Source: an uncultured Gammaproteobacteria bacterium (GTDB lineage: Bacteria; Patescibacteriota; Patescibacteriia; Patescibacteriales; GWE2-39-37). Taken from it: DNA of 64,000 nt. The stretch is from NCBI GenBank assembly GCA_964443495.1, contig CAYUCS010000001.1, positions 616,468 through 680,467 of the forward strand, given 5' to 3'. The translations under genes were made by a program, and so were the position numbers. Under the pieces are notes generated by a model. The model was not told where the DNA came from, did not search any database, and was given only the letters and a program-made list of their open reading frames with translations. Position 1 is the stretch's first letter; every line of letters starts with the position of its first letter. Positions 16,615-24,432 of the stretch are shown here, in pieces.

Positions 16615-18069
16615 ATGAAACTGAAAATCACTTCTGAAAAAGGAATGGTCCTAGTCACAGTGATGGGCATGACCACCATTTTCATCGTCATGGCCGGCGC
16701 CTTGACTGGAATAGCTTTGCTGCAAAAGAAGTTGAACAGCCAGCAAGTAGCTCGACATACGGCCCTGCACGTGGCCGAGGCAGGTGTAAATTACTACCGC
16801 TGGCACCTGGCCCATGCTCAGAGCGATTTCATGGATGGTACAGGCAGCGATCCTGGCGGGGGCGGCGAGCCATACGGCCCCTATACGCATTCGTTCAGCT
16901 CCCCTGGCAATGCCATGACCGGGACCTACGTCCTTGAAATCACCCCTCCGCCAACCGGTTCGACCATCGTCAAGATACGCTCGACCGGCTGGGTCGACTC
17001 CAACCCGAATATAAAACGGACTATCGAGGTGCGTTACGGCATCCCTTCCCTTGCTAAATTCTCCTTTCTAACCAACTCGGACACCTGGTTCGGCGAGTCT
17101 GAAAGCGTGGTAGGCGAAATGCATTCCAATGGCGGCATCCGGATGGACGGCACCAATGATGCTTTGATTACTTCTGCCAGACAGACATACGTCTGCCCAG
17201 CTGGCCAAGCATGCGACACTCAGGCAACCTGCAACGCGCCATGCACCTGGGATGCCGTCACCAAATGCACCTGCCCTGGCATCTGGGGCGAAGGTTCGGG
17301 CTCCAGCCTTTGGACATATCCGGTCACGACAGTCGATTTCAACAGTATCACTGCTGACCTGGGCACGTTAAAAACCTTGGCCCAGGACGGCGGAGTTTAC
17401 CTCAAGGTTAATGGTTCCAACAAGGGCTACCACATCACTTTTAAAAGCAATGGCCATTTCGACGCGCGCCTGATCAGTGCCTTGAACAACGGCATACAGC
17501 AGCTTAACGACACTTGGTCCGGCTATTCCAACATCTCTGAGAGCATCCGCACCGAAGGTGCGGCCACTGATTATGCCATCCCGGCGAACGGCATAATATT
17601 CATTGAGGACGGCGACGCTTACGTCGAAGGCACAGTCAACGGACGAGCCACTTTAGTGGCCGCCACTTTGCCGGCGCAAGCCACTAAATACCGTAGCATC
17701 ATCATTAACAGTAACATTGTTTATTCCGCCAGGAATGGCAGCAACATTCTTGGACTTATAGCCCAGAAAGACGTCAAGGTGCCTCGCCATGCGCCCGCCA
17801 ACCTCACGATCGACGGCTTCATGCTTGCCCAAAATGGCCGGGTTTTCCGCAATTACTACAACTCGCCGGTCGTAAAGAGCGCGATTGAAGTCTATGGCGG
17901 AATCCTGACCAACCAAACCTGGACGTGGAGCTGGGTTAACGGAGGAGGCACTGTTACTGACGGTTACGCCAGCACCACTTCCATATACGACCCTTTGGCA
18001 ACTTTTTCGCCGCCGCCCTCTTTTCCTACTTCCGGCGAATACACTTTCATCTCTTGGGGTGAGGAATAA
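16615..18069 (+). CDS. PilX-N-like pilus-associated protein with Cys-rich insert
   Basis: 484 aa. KG/MVLVTVMGMTTIFIVMAGAL N-terminus without E+5, as in PilX/GspK-type minor pilins. Eight Cys fall within 17194-17274. Confidence 0.7.
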   Translation: MKLKITSEKGMVLVTVMGMTTIFIVMAGALTGIALLQKKLNSQQVARHTALHVAEAGVNYYRWHLAHAQSDFMDGTGSDPGGGGEPYGPYTHSFSSPGNAMTGTYVLEITPPPTGSTIVKIRSTGWVDSNPNIKRTIEVRYGIPSLAKFSFLTNSDTWFGESESVVGEMHSNGGIRMDGTNDALITSARQTYVCPAGQACDTQATCNAPCTWDAVTKCTCPGIWGEGSGSSLWTYPVTTVDFNSITADLGTLKTLAQDGGVYLKVNGSNKGYHITFKSNGHFDARLISALNNGIQQLNDTWSGYSNISESIRTEGAATDYAIPANGIIFIEDGDAYVEGTVNGRATLVAATLPAQATKYRSIIINSNIVYSARNGSNILGLIAQKDVKVPRHAPANLTIDGFMLAQNGRVFRNYYNSPVVKSAIEVYGGILTNQTWTWSWVNGGGTVTDGYASTTSIYDPLATFSPPPSFPTSGEYTFISWGEE

Positions 18070-18083
18070 AAATATGCTATAAT
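18054..18083 (+). promoter_or_regulatory. possible internal promoter ahead of pilM
   Basis: TTGGGG-N18-TATAAT with TGc extended -10, in the 42-nt gap before pilM. Confidence 0.35.
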
Positions 18084-18111
18084 ATGAATATGCCAATGCA
18101 TCAATTTTTTT

Positions 18112-19257
18112 ATGTTACTCAGCAATAGCTCAGAATTCCCCATCGGTCTGGACATTTCCGACTTCTCCTTGAAGCTGGTCCAGCTTAATCGTGCGGGCGA
18201 ATCGTTTTCCATACAGGCAATCAACAAAATCGATCTCCCTTCCGGTATCATTGATGATGGCGAGATAAAAAATCGTGAAGAGCTGATCAAGCATTTGAAA
18301 GGCCTGATCGATAAGCCGAAATTCGGCAAAGTGTCTTCGCATGAAGTCACTGCTTGCCTTCCTGAAAACAAGACATTCGTCAAATTGATCGAAATCGACA
18401 ACGGCCCGAACGACCTCAAGGAAACCATCTTGGCGGAAATGGAAAAGCACATCCCGATGCCGATCGATGAAATTTATTTCGACTGGCAAATCATCAGCAA
18501 GGAGCAAGGCAAAAATCTTGTCTTGCTCGGCGCCGCACCGAAGCAAATCGTTGACGACTACTCTAACATTTTCGACGAGCTCGGATTGTCCGTCTTCGCT
18601 CTCGAGATAGAATCAAGCGCTATCTGCCGAGCTTTGATTCCTGATGAAAACAGCCGGATCAAAGATGTCCAGCCAAGCAATTATGCGATACTCGATATCG
18701 GAGCCAAACGAACCAGCATGATCCTTTACGCGCACAAAACGATTCTCTTCACTGTCAGCCTCCCTATCTCTGGCGAAGCTGTGACTAAGAATATCGCCGA
18801 CAGCCTGAAAATCGATCGCGACCAGGCCGAACGGGCCAAGATAATTTGCGGCCTGGACGAACAGAAGGCCGAGGGCGTAATCCGCGAGATTCTTGCCAGC
18901 CAAATCAATGAGCTGGTAAGGAAAATCAAGGAAGTGATCAATTACTACGAAACCCACTTCCCCGGCCAAGGCCCGATCAGCAGCATCTTCCTTTGCGGCG
19001 GCGGATCGAATATCGAGAACATCGACCGGATTCTTGCCGAGTCCCTCAGCCTGCCGGTCGCCCTCGGCGACCCTCTCATGAATATCAAAGAGGACCATGA
19101 AAAGATCAAGCACCTGTTCGCCGAAACCTATAGTCTTGCGCTTGGCGAGGACAAGAAAAGCCAAGATGCCGACCTGACGTACACCCAAGACTCCAGCTTG
19201 GCCTTTGCCACTGCCATAGGTCTCGGCTTGCGAGGATTATTCATTGATGAACTATAG
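18112..19257 (+). CDS. pilM: type IV pilus assembly protein PilM (actin-like ATPase fold)
   Basis: 381 aa. GLDISDFSLKLVQL, ILDIGAKRTSMILY and IFLCGGGSNIENI. Confidence 0.88.
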   Translation: MLLSNSSEFPIGLDISDFSLKLVQLNRAGESFSIQAINKIDLPSGIIDDGEIKNREELIKHLKGLIDKPKFGKVSSHEVTACLPENKTFVKLIEIDNGPNDLKETILAEMEKHIPMPIDEIYFDWQIISKEQGKNLVLLGAAPKQIVDDYSNIFDELGLSVFALEIESSAICRALIPDENSRIKDVQPSNYAILDIGAKRTSMILYAHKTILFTVSLPISGEAVTKNIADSLKIDRDQAERAKIICGLDEQKAEGVIREILASQINELVRKIKEVINYYETHFPGQGPISSIFLCGGGSNIENIDRILAESLSLPVALGDPLMNIKEDHEKIKHLFAETYSLALGEDKKSQDADLTYTQDSSLAFATAIGLGLRGLFIDEL

Positions 19258-19259
19258 CG

Positions 19260-19796
19260 ATGATATCATTAAATCTGATCTCCGAACAAAAGAAGAAGGA
19301 GATTAAAATCAAACATCTTCATCAGCTGCTCAAAAAAATCGACTTGGTCGTCATTATTTTTGTCTGTTTGATTGCCATCATGATACTTGTCGCCAAAATC
19401 ATGCTCCAGAATACCTTCAATACCACTATCGACCAAACCACCCTGATTACCAAGAATACCCAGGGATCCGCTTCTAGGGTCCGGGATATAAACAACAAGA
19501 TGGCCTCGGTCGACCAGGTGCAGTCCGATTTCATCGTCTGGACTAAACTCTTGGACCAACTCGCCACTTCGACGCCCGAAGGCATTGTCTTCAATTCGAT
19601 CAAGGCCAGCTCCGACAAGAATATCAAAATTACCGGCACCGCCAAGACCAGGGATTCGCTGATTGCACTGAAAGAATCCTTCGAAAAAATCTCCATGTTC
19701 GATAAATTCGATTTTCCGCTGTCCAATATGCTTCAAAAGGAAAATATCAGTTTTGAAATCGCGACTAAAATAAAAATCGACTCATTAAAACCATGA
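19260..19796 (+). CDS. pilN: PilN-like pilus assembly protein
   Basis: 178 aa. Basic N-terminus, a single TM helix, and position directly after pilM. Confidence 0.7.
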   Translation: MISLNLISEQKKKEIKIKHLHQLLKKIDLVVIIFVCLIAIMILVAKIMLQNTFNTTIDQTTLITKNTQGSASRVRDINNKMASVDQVQSDFIVWTKLLDQLATSTPEGIVFNSIKASSDKNIKITGTAKTRDSLIALKESFEKISMFDKFDFPLSNMLQKENISFEIATKIKIDSLKP

Positions 19797-20362
19797 ATTT
19801 TTCTGCCGCAAAAAAATTAGGACTTAAAGAAAAGATCCTTTTGATCAACCTGGCGCTGCTTGGCGTATCCGGTTCATTGATATACTTCCTGATCATCCCG
19901 AATATCGACGACATCAACCGGATAAAAAAGGAAATTGACGCGCAATTGATCGATCTTGAGGTAAAATACCAGCGCGGCCAAAGCATAAAAAAGCTTAATG
20001 CAAACCTGAAAAAGATCGAGCCGGAAATCGCGACGCTTGATCAGGTCTTTGTCAAGGAATCGGAGCAGGTCAACTTCATCACCAGCCTCGAAGAGCTGGC
20101 AACCAAGAATAACGTGAAACAGAAACTGTCCCTGGGCAAAGCGCAGAACTCCAAAAGCAGCTTCAAGAAAGTTCCCTTGCAGATCTCGCTTGAGGGTGGC
20201 TATTTGAGCATCTTGTCATACCTTCACGACCTTGAAACCTCACCAAATTATATCAATATAAAAACCATCGAGATAACCAGCACTTCTGCCAACATTGATG
20301 AGAACGGCATGACAAAGAACAATCTTTCAGTCAGCTTATCCGTTGATACTTATTGGCAATAA
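19793..20362 (+). CDS. pilO: PilO-like pilus assembly protein
   Basis: 189 aa with TM, coiled-coil and a C-terminal ferredoxin-like segment (PLQISLEGGYLSILSYLHDLE). ATGA overlap with pilN. Confidence 0.7.
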   Translation: MNFSAAKKLGLKEKILLINLALLGVSGSLIYFLIIPNIDDINRIKKEIDAQLIDLEVKYQRGQSIKKLNANLKKIEPEIATLDQVFVKESEQVNFITSLEELATKNNVKQKLSLGKAQNSKSSFKKVPLQISLEGGYLSILSYLHDLETSPNYINIKTIEITSTSANIDENGMTKNNLSVSLSVDTYWQ

Positions 20363-20370
20363 GCCCGAGT

Positions 20371-20643
20371 ATGAAAATAAAATATAAGATTCCCTACAAA
20401 AAAATAATCATTTACGCCTACATCCTGATAGCTATCTCAGGCATCTTGGCGACAGGTTACACGCTCAACTTCCTTTACTCTAATTTTTACCAGACCCTAA
20501 CCTCTTCAATCAACCTTCTGGACCTCAAAGGCAAAGTTGCGAATGACTCCATCAACGTCAAGCGCTTCGACCTCATTCTTAGCCGGATCAAGTCAAAAAA
20601 GGAATTGCCGGTGCCAGATCGCACGCACGACATCTTCGATTAA
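20371..20643 (+). CDS. small membrane protein ending the pilus operon
   Basis: Track ORF starts at TTG 20353, inside pilO. The ATG at 20371 (MKIKYKIPYKK...) is more plausible. One TM helix. Confidence 0.55.
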   Translation: MKIKYKIPYKKIIIYAYILIAISGILATGYTLNFLYSNFYQTLTSSINLLDLKGKVANDSINVKRFDLILSRIKSKKELPVPDRTHDIFD

Positions 20644-20648
20644 AATAC

Positions 20649-20675
20649 AAAAACGCCCCCGTTGGGGGCGTTTTT
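20649..20675. terminator. bidirectional rho-independent terminator (pilus operon / iscS operon)
   Basis: AAAAA-CGCCCCC-GTT-GGGGGCG-TTTTT. Confidence 0.85.
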
Positions 20676-20726
20676 GTATTTGAGATGACAACCTTAACGG
20701 CCATGAAAACGTTTCCGCCCTGATCG

Positions 20727-21968
20727 TTATTTCAATGGAGACATTTTTCTGAAACGCTCGATAATCGGCGGCAATACTGCGATCAGCTTCTTGATTTCTG
20801 CGGCGGTATTGTACTTGCCCAAAGTGAAGCGGATGGAGGTGTGCGCTATTTCGACCTTGATTCCCATGGCTATGAGAACGTGCGATGCCTTCAGGCTATT
20901 GGAGGCGCAAGCTGAGCCGGTCGAGACGGCGATACCTTCAAGATCGAGCGCTATAAGGGTCGTTTCACCCTCTACGCCCGGAAATGAGAAATGCGCGTGC
21001 GACGGCGTGGCATTGCGGCGGTCGGTGTTGAGAATGGCGCCGGGCACGCTCTTCAAGAGTCCGTCCGCCAGCAAGTCACGCAGTTTGGAAATCTTTCGGG
21101 CGTACTTGTCTTGATTCGCGGAAGACAGGTTGCGCAACGCCTTGCCGAAACCGACAATTCCCGCAGCGTTTATGGTGCCGCTGCGCCGATTATTTTCATG
21201 ATGGCCGCCAAGCTGCTGAGCTGCTAACGGCACATGGCTGGCGGCAAAAAGCAGGCCGACTCCTTTGGGGCCGTAAATCTTGTGAGCCGAAAGGGACAAT
21301 AAGTCTACATTCAGAGCTTTCACGTTGCACGATAAAAAATTGGCCGCTTGCGTGGCGTCAGTATGGAAAAAAATCGGCAGCGGCTTGGCCGGGCGGATTT
21401 CAGGCTTCAAATTATTCCAATTCTTGATTCGACGCTCACCGACCTTCCTTACAAGCTTGCCTATCGCCTTGGCTGGCTGGATGCTGCCAACCTCGCTGTT
21501 GACGTACATAATCGAAACAAGAACCGTATTATCCTTGATGGATGACTCGAGAAACTTCATATCAACCACACCCGATTTATCAACCGGGACATGGGTCACT
21601 TCGACTCCAGCGCGCTCAAGTCCAGCCAAGGGCTCAAGTACGGAATCGTGCTCGATAACGGAAGTGATTACATGCAGTTTGGCAGCTGGATCTTTCCTTT
21701 TCAGGGCCGCGACTACGCCTTTAAGGGCCAGATTATTCGCTTCAGTCGATCCGGAAGTGAAAATCACCTCATTGGCATCGCAATTCAAAAATTCCGAAGC
21801 ATCAATCCTGGCAGCATCGACACCAGCCATCGCTCGCTGACCGAATTGGTGCACTGAGGACGGGTTGCCGAAATTGTCAGAAAAATACGGCAACATCGCC
21901 TTCAACACGTCGGCGTCAACCGGGGTGGTCGCGCTATGGTCAAGATAAATTGGCTTTTCCTTTTTCAT
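20727..21968 (-). CDS. iscS: cysteine desulfurase (IscS/NifS family)
   Basis: IYLDHSATTPVD, SAHKIYGPKGVG and GSACAS. The track ORF extends to 22010, but the ATG at 21968 (MKKEKPIYLDH) abuts the upstream stop. Confidence 0.9.
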   Translation of the reverse strand: MKKEKPIYLDHSATTPVDADVLKAMLPYFSDNFGNPSSVHQFGQRAMAGVDAARIDASEFLNCDANEVIFTSGSTEANNLALKGVVAALKRKDPAAKLHVITSVIEHDSVLEPLAGLERAGVEVTHVPVDKSGVVDMKFLESSIKDNTVLVSIMYVNSEVGSIQPAKAIGKLVRKVGERRIKNWNNLKPEIRPAKPLPIFFHTDATQAANFLSCNVKALNVDLLSLSAHKIYGPKGVGLLFAASHVPLAAQQLGGHHENNRRSGTINAAGIVGFGKALRNLSSANQDKYARKISKLRDLLADGLLKSVPGAILNTDRRNATPSHAHFSFPGVEGETTLIALDLEGIAVSTGSACASNSLKASHVLIAMGIKVEIAHTSIRFTLGKYNTAAEIKKLIAVLPPIIERFRKMSPLK

Positions 21969-21969
21969 A

Positions 21970-22194
21970 TCAAGCGGCTTCAACGGTTTTGACTTCGGGG
22001 ATGTTCTCACGAATCGTCGCCTCGATTCCCTGTTTCAGGGTGATCTGCGACATGGGGCAATGAGCGCAATGGCCCAGTAGGCGCACTTGTAGCTTGCCGG
22101 TCGCCTCATCAAAACTGACAAATTCGACATCGCCGCCATCCATCTGCAATGACGGGCGGATCTTTTCCAGCTGCTTTTCGATCTTATTTTTCAT
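21970..22194 (-). CDS. NifU C-terminal (Nfu-type) Fe-S scaffold domain protein
   Basis: 74 aa from the internal ATG 22194. MDGGDVEFV...GHCAHCPMSQITLK (CxxC). Confidence 0.8.
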   Translation of the reverse strand: MKNKIEKQLEKIRPSLQMDGGDVEFVSFDEATGKLQVRLLGHCAHCPMSQITLKQGIEATIRENIPEVKTVEAA

Positions 22195-22201
22195 ATTCGT
22201 G

Positions 22202-22591
22202 CTATTTAGAATTATATTGCTTGATCGCTTCATGCAAAGCTTCGAGTCCAAGCATCGAACAATGGATTTTCGGTGCCGGCAGACCCCCAAGGTCCTTGAC
22301 TACATCATCCTTGGTTATCGCCAAGGCTTCGTCCAGGCTTTTGCCCTTGACCCTATCAGTCAATGCTGAAGAAACGGCTATGGCAGCAGCGCAACCGAGG
22401 GTTTCGAATTTTATATCCTTCACCATCGGACCAGGCTTAGCCTTGGTTCCTTTGGGATCGATTTTCAAATATATCTTCATCACGTCACCGCATGCGGCGT
22501 TGCCTTTCTGCCCGACGGCATCAGCATTCTTGATCGAACCCTGATTATGCGGATTTTTGAAGTGCTTGATCACTTCCTTGGTATATATCAT
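22202..22591 (-). CDS. iscU: Fe-S cluster scaffold IscU/NifU N-terminal family
   Basis: 129 aa. GNAACGDVMKIYL...LGCAAAIA...IHCSMLG, giving the three conserved Cys. Confidence 0.88.
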   Translation of the reverse strand: MIYTKEVIKHFKNPHNQGSIKNADAVGQKGNAACGDVMKIYLKIDPKGTKAKPGPMVKDIKFETLGCAAAIAVSSALTDRVKGKSLDEALAITKDDVVKDLGGLPAPKIHCSMLGLEALHEAIKQYNSK

Positions 22592-22604
22592 ATCTTTCCA
22601 CTGA

Positions 22605-23303
22605 TTAATAAATTACGACCTTCGTGCCCACCTCAGCCCAACGATAAAGCTTTTCCGCCGGGCCGACACCTAGACGGATGCAGCCATGGGAAACAGGCTT
22701 GCCCAAATGATTAGCTCCCTCCTTGTAGCCGCTCGGCCATTCTGGCAATTCATGAAAGCCGACTCGCCCTCCGGAAATCCCCATCCAGAAAGGCATCCAA
22801 AGCCCGTAACTTTTTGACCAAGCCTTGGGGTTTTTGTTGATTATGCTGAAAGTGCCTTTCGGAGTCGGCATCGACGGTTTGCCGGTCGAAACAGTCGAGG
22901 TTGCCAGCCGTACTTGTCCCAGAAAATAAGACAACTCCTGTTTGGCCAAATTGACTTCAATCTTTTTAGGCAGCTTCTCGCTTGCCTTGTTCGGATCAAA
23001 GCCGTTCCGCACCTCCTCACCGTCCTTGAAACCGTCTCCGTCAGTATCGGCAGCCGTAGGGTCCGATCGGAAATTAAGCTCCATGCGATCGGTGAGACCG
23101 TCCTTGTCCGCGTCCCCCGACTCCAGCTTCAAGCCTTTTTTTACTTCATAAGGCGAGTAGCCGTTTTTCAATTCTTCGCCATCGCTGAATCCGTCGCCGT
23201 CCGTATCGCTTTTTTGCGGATCGGTACGGAAGATCATGACCTCATCCTGGTCGGAAACCTTGTCACCGTCAGAATCAAGGGGCTGATCGGCCAATACAAT
23301 CAT
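22605..23303 (-). CDS. L,D-transpeptidase (YkuD domain) with four Asp-rich calcium-binding-type repeats
   Basis: C-terminal HGCIRL catalytic motif. DSDGDKVSDQDE, DTDGDGFSDGEE, DADKDGLTDRME and DTDGDGFKDGEE fall at about 22989-23276. The true start is probably upstream of 23303 (see finding). Confidence 0.85.
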   Translation of the reverse strand: MIVLADQPLDSDGDKVSDQDEVMIFRTDPQKSDTDGDGFSDGEELKNGYSPYEVKKGLKLESGDADKDGLTDRMELNFRSDPTAADTDGDGFKDGEEVRNGFDPNKASEKLPKKIEVNLAKQELSYFLGQVRLATSTVSTGKPSMPTPKGTFSIINKNPKAWSKSYGLWMPFWMGISGGRVGFHELPEWPSGYKEGANHLGKPVSHGCIRLGVGPAEKLYRWAEVGTKVVIY

Positions 23304-23370
23304 GGGGGACGAGAAGAAAATAAGGATGGCGAAGCTGGCTAGCTTTGGGAATTTTCGATGTTTGATATGT

Positions 23371-23775
23371 TTATGATAAAAGCTTATTGAGCGTCAGGTC
23401 GGTCAATGCTTTCTTGAGCGCCTCATTGGTTTTCTTGAAAACCAGATTCACTCCGCAATGGCAATCTGCGCTACAATGAATTTTACCATTTTCAGCCAAA
23501 CAATAGAATAACTCCGCTTCACCTTCGAGCGCGGAAATTATTTCAAAGACCGAAACGTCTTCCGGCCCCCGCGATAATTGATAGCCGCCACCGGAACCAC
23601 GGCTGCCAACGACTAGCTTGGCCTGCCTCAGTTTGGCGAACAGCTGCTCCAAGTATGACAAGGAAATCTTTTCTCTCTGAGCGATTTCAGCCAACGAAAG
23701 GTCGCCCAGCTGCCAATTGCGGCCCAGGCAAATCATCGCCCTAAGCCCGTAAGTGGTCTTGGTTGAAAATTTCAT
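23371..23775 (-). CDS. Rrf2 family transcriptional regulator (IscR-like)
   Basis: 134 aa. MKFSTKTTYGLRAMICL winged-helix N-terminus, and a Cys cluster CLAENGKIHCSADCHC. Confidence 0.88.
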   Translation of the reverse strand: MKFSTKTTYGLRAMICLGRNWQLGDLSLAEIAQREKISLSYLEQLFAKLRQAKLVVGSRGSGGGYQLSRGPEDVSVFEIISALEGEAELFYCLAENGKIHCSADCHCGVNLVFKKTNEALKKALTDLTLNKLLS

Positions 23776-23792
23776 AATCCTACTAAATTACT

Positions 23793-23811
23793 TGGTATTA
23801 AAAATATACCA
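23793..23811. promoter_or_regulatory. inverted repeat TGGTAT-N7-ATACCA overlapping the rrf2 promoter -10 (candidate Rrf2 operator)
   Basis: Perfect 6-bp arms at 23793-23798 and 23806-23811. Confidence 0.4.
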
Positions 23812-23830
23812 GAATTCCTGCCCTTGTCAA
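23803..23830 (-). promoter_or_regulatory. sigma-70-type promoter of the rrf2-ldt-iscU-nfu-iscS operon
   Basis: Minus strand reads TTGACA-N16-TATATT with TGg extended -10. Confidence 0.6.
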
Positions 23831-23906
23831 GCCAAGAAACGGCTAGATTTTTTGGAGCAGTTATTTTGCACTCCTTCTGAGCTAAGCCAACCCCGCCATC
23901 GAAATA

Positions 23907-23935
23907 TTGACATTTGCATAATTTAATGTTAAACT
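23907..23935 (+). promoter_or_regulatory. sigma-70-type promoter upstream of rpmA
   Basis: TTGACA-N17-TAAACT. Confidence 0.5.
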
Positions 23936-23948
23936 AAATTCATTAATA

Positions 23949-23977
23949 AATAAGCCCTACGGGATCTTATTTTTTTG
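23949..23977 (+). terminator. terminator-like hairpin + T7 in the rpmA leader (possible attenuator)
   Basis: ATAAGCCC-TAC-GGG(AT)CTTAT (one 2-nt bulge) followed by TTTTTTT. It lies between the predicted promoter and the rpmA ATG. Confidence 0.35.
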
Positions 23978-24046
23978 TTTAATACTAGTAATAATTACTC
24001 GTTAACGCTTAAGTCGTGGCTTGGCAACAATTAACGGGCAATCACT

Positions 24047-24328
24047 ATGGCTACAAAGAAATCGGGTGGCTCCACATCCAACGGCCGAGATTCGAACAGT
24101 CAACGACTCGGCGTCAAACTCTATGGAGGCGAACAGGCTAAGCCGGGCGCAATCATCGTCAGGCAGCGTGGCAGCAAGTTCCATCCAGGCACCAATGTCC
24201 GCATTGGCAAGGATGACACTTTATTCGCTACTGCGACTGGCGTCGTGAAGTTTTCAACCAAAAAGATTATCGGTTTCAACAATAAGCTTCGTCAGATCAA
24301 GATCGTCAACGTCGTTTCAGCCAAATAG
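24047..24328 (+). CDS. rpmA: 50S ribosomal protein L27
   Basis: 93 aa. [29 protein letters not shown]...[10 protein letters not shown]. Confidence 0.95.
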   Translation: MATKKSGGSTSNGRDSNSQRLGVKLYGGEQAKPGAIIVRQRGSKFHPGTNVRIGKDDTLFATATGVVKFSTKKIIGFNNKLRQIKIVNVVSAK

Positions 24329-24340
24329 TTCCGTCTCTAT

Positions 24341-24371
24341 AAAAAAGCAGTCCTTCGGGACTGCTTTTTTT
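24341..24371. terminator. bidirectional rho-independent terminator (rpmA / ctpA)
   Basis: AAAAAA-GCAGTCC-TTCG-GGACTGC-TTTTTTT. Confidence 0.85.
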
Positions 24372-24432
24372 ATGGTTGAATGTCTCTATTTTGACACGCC
24401 TGGATGCTCGGCTTTTACCGGCTCTCAAATAC

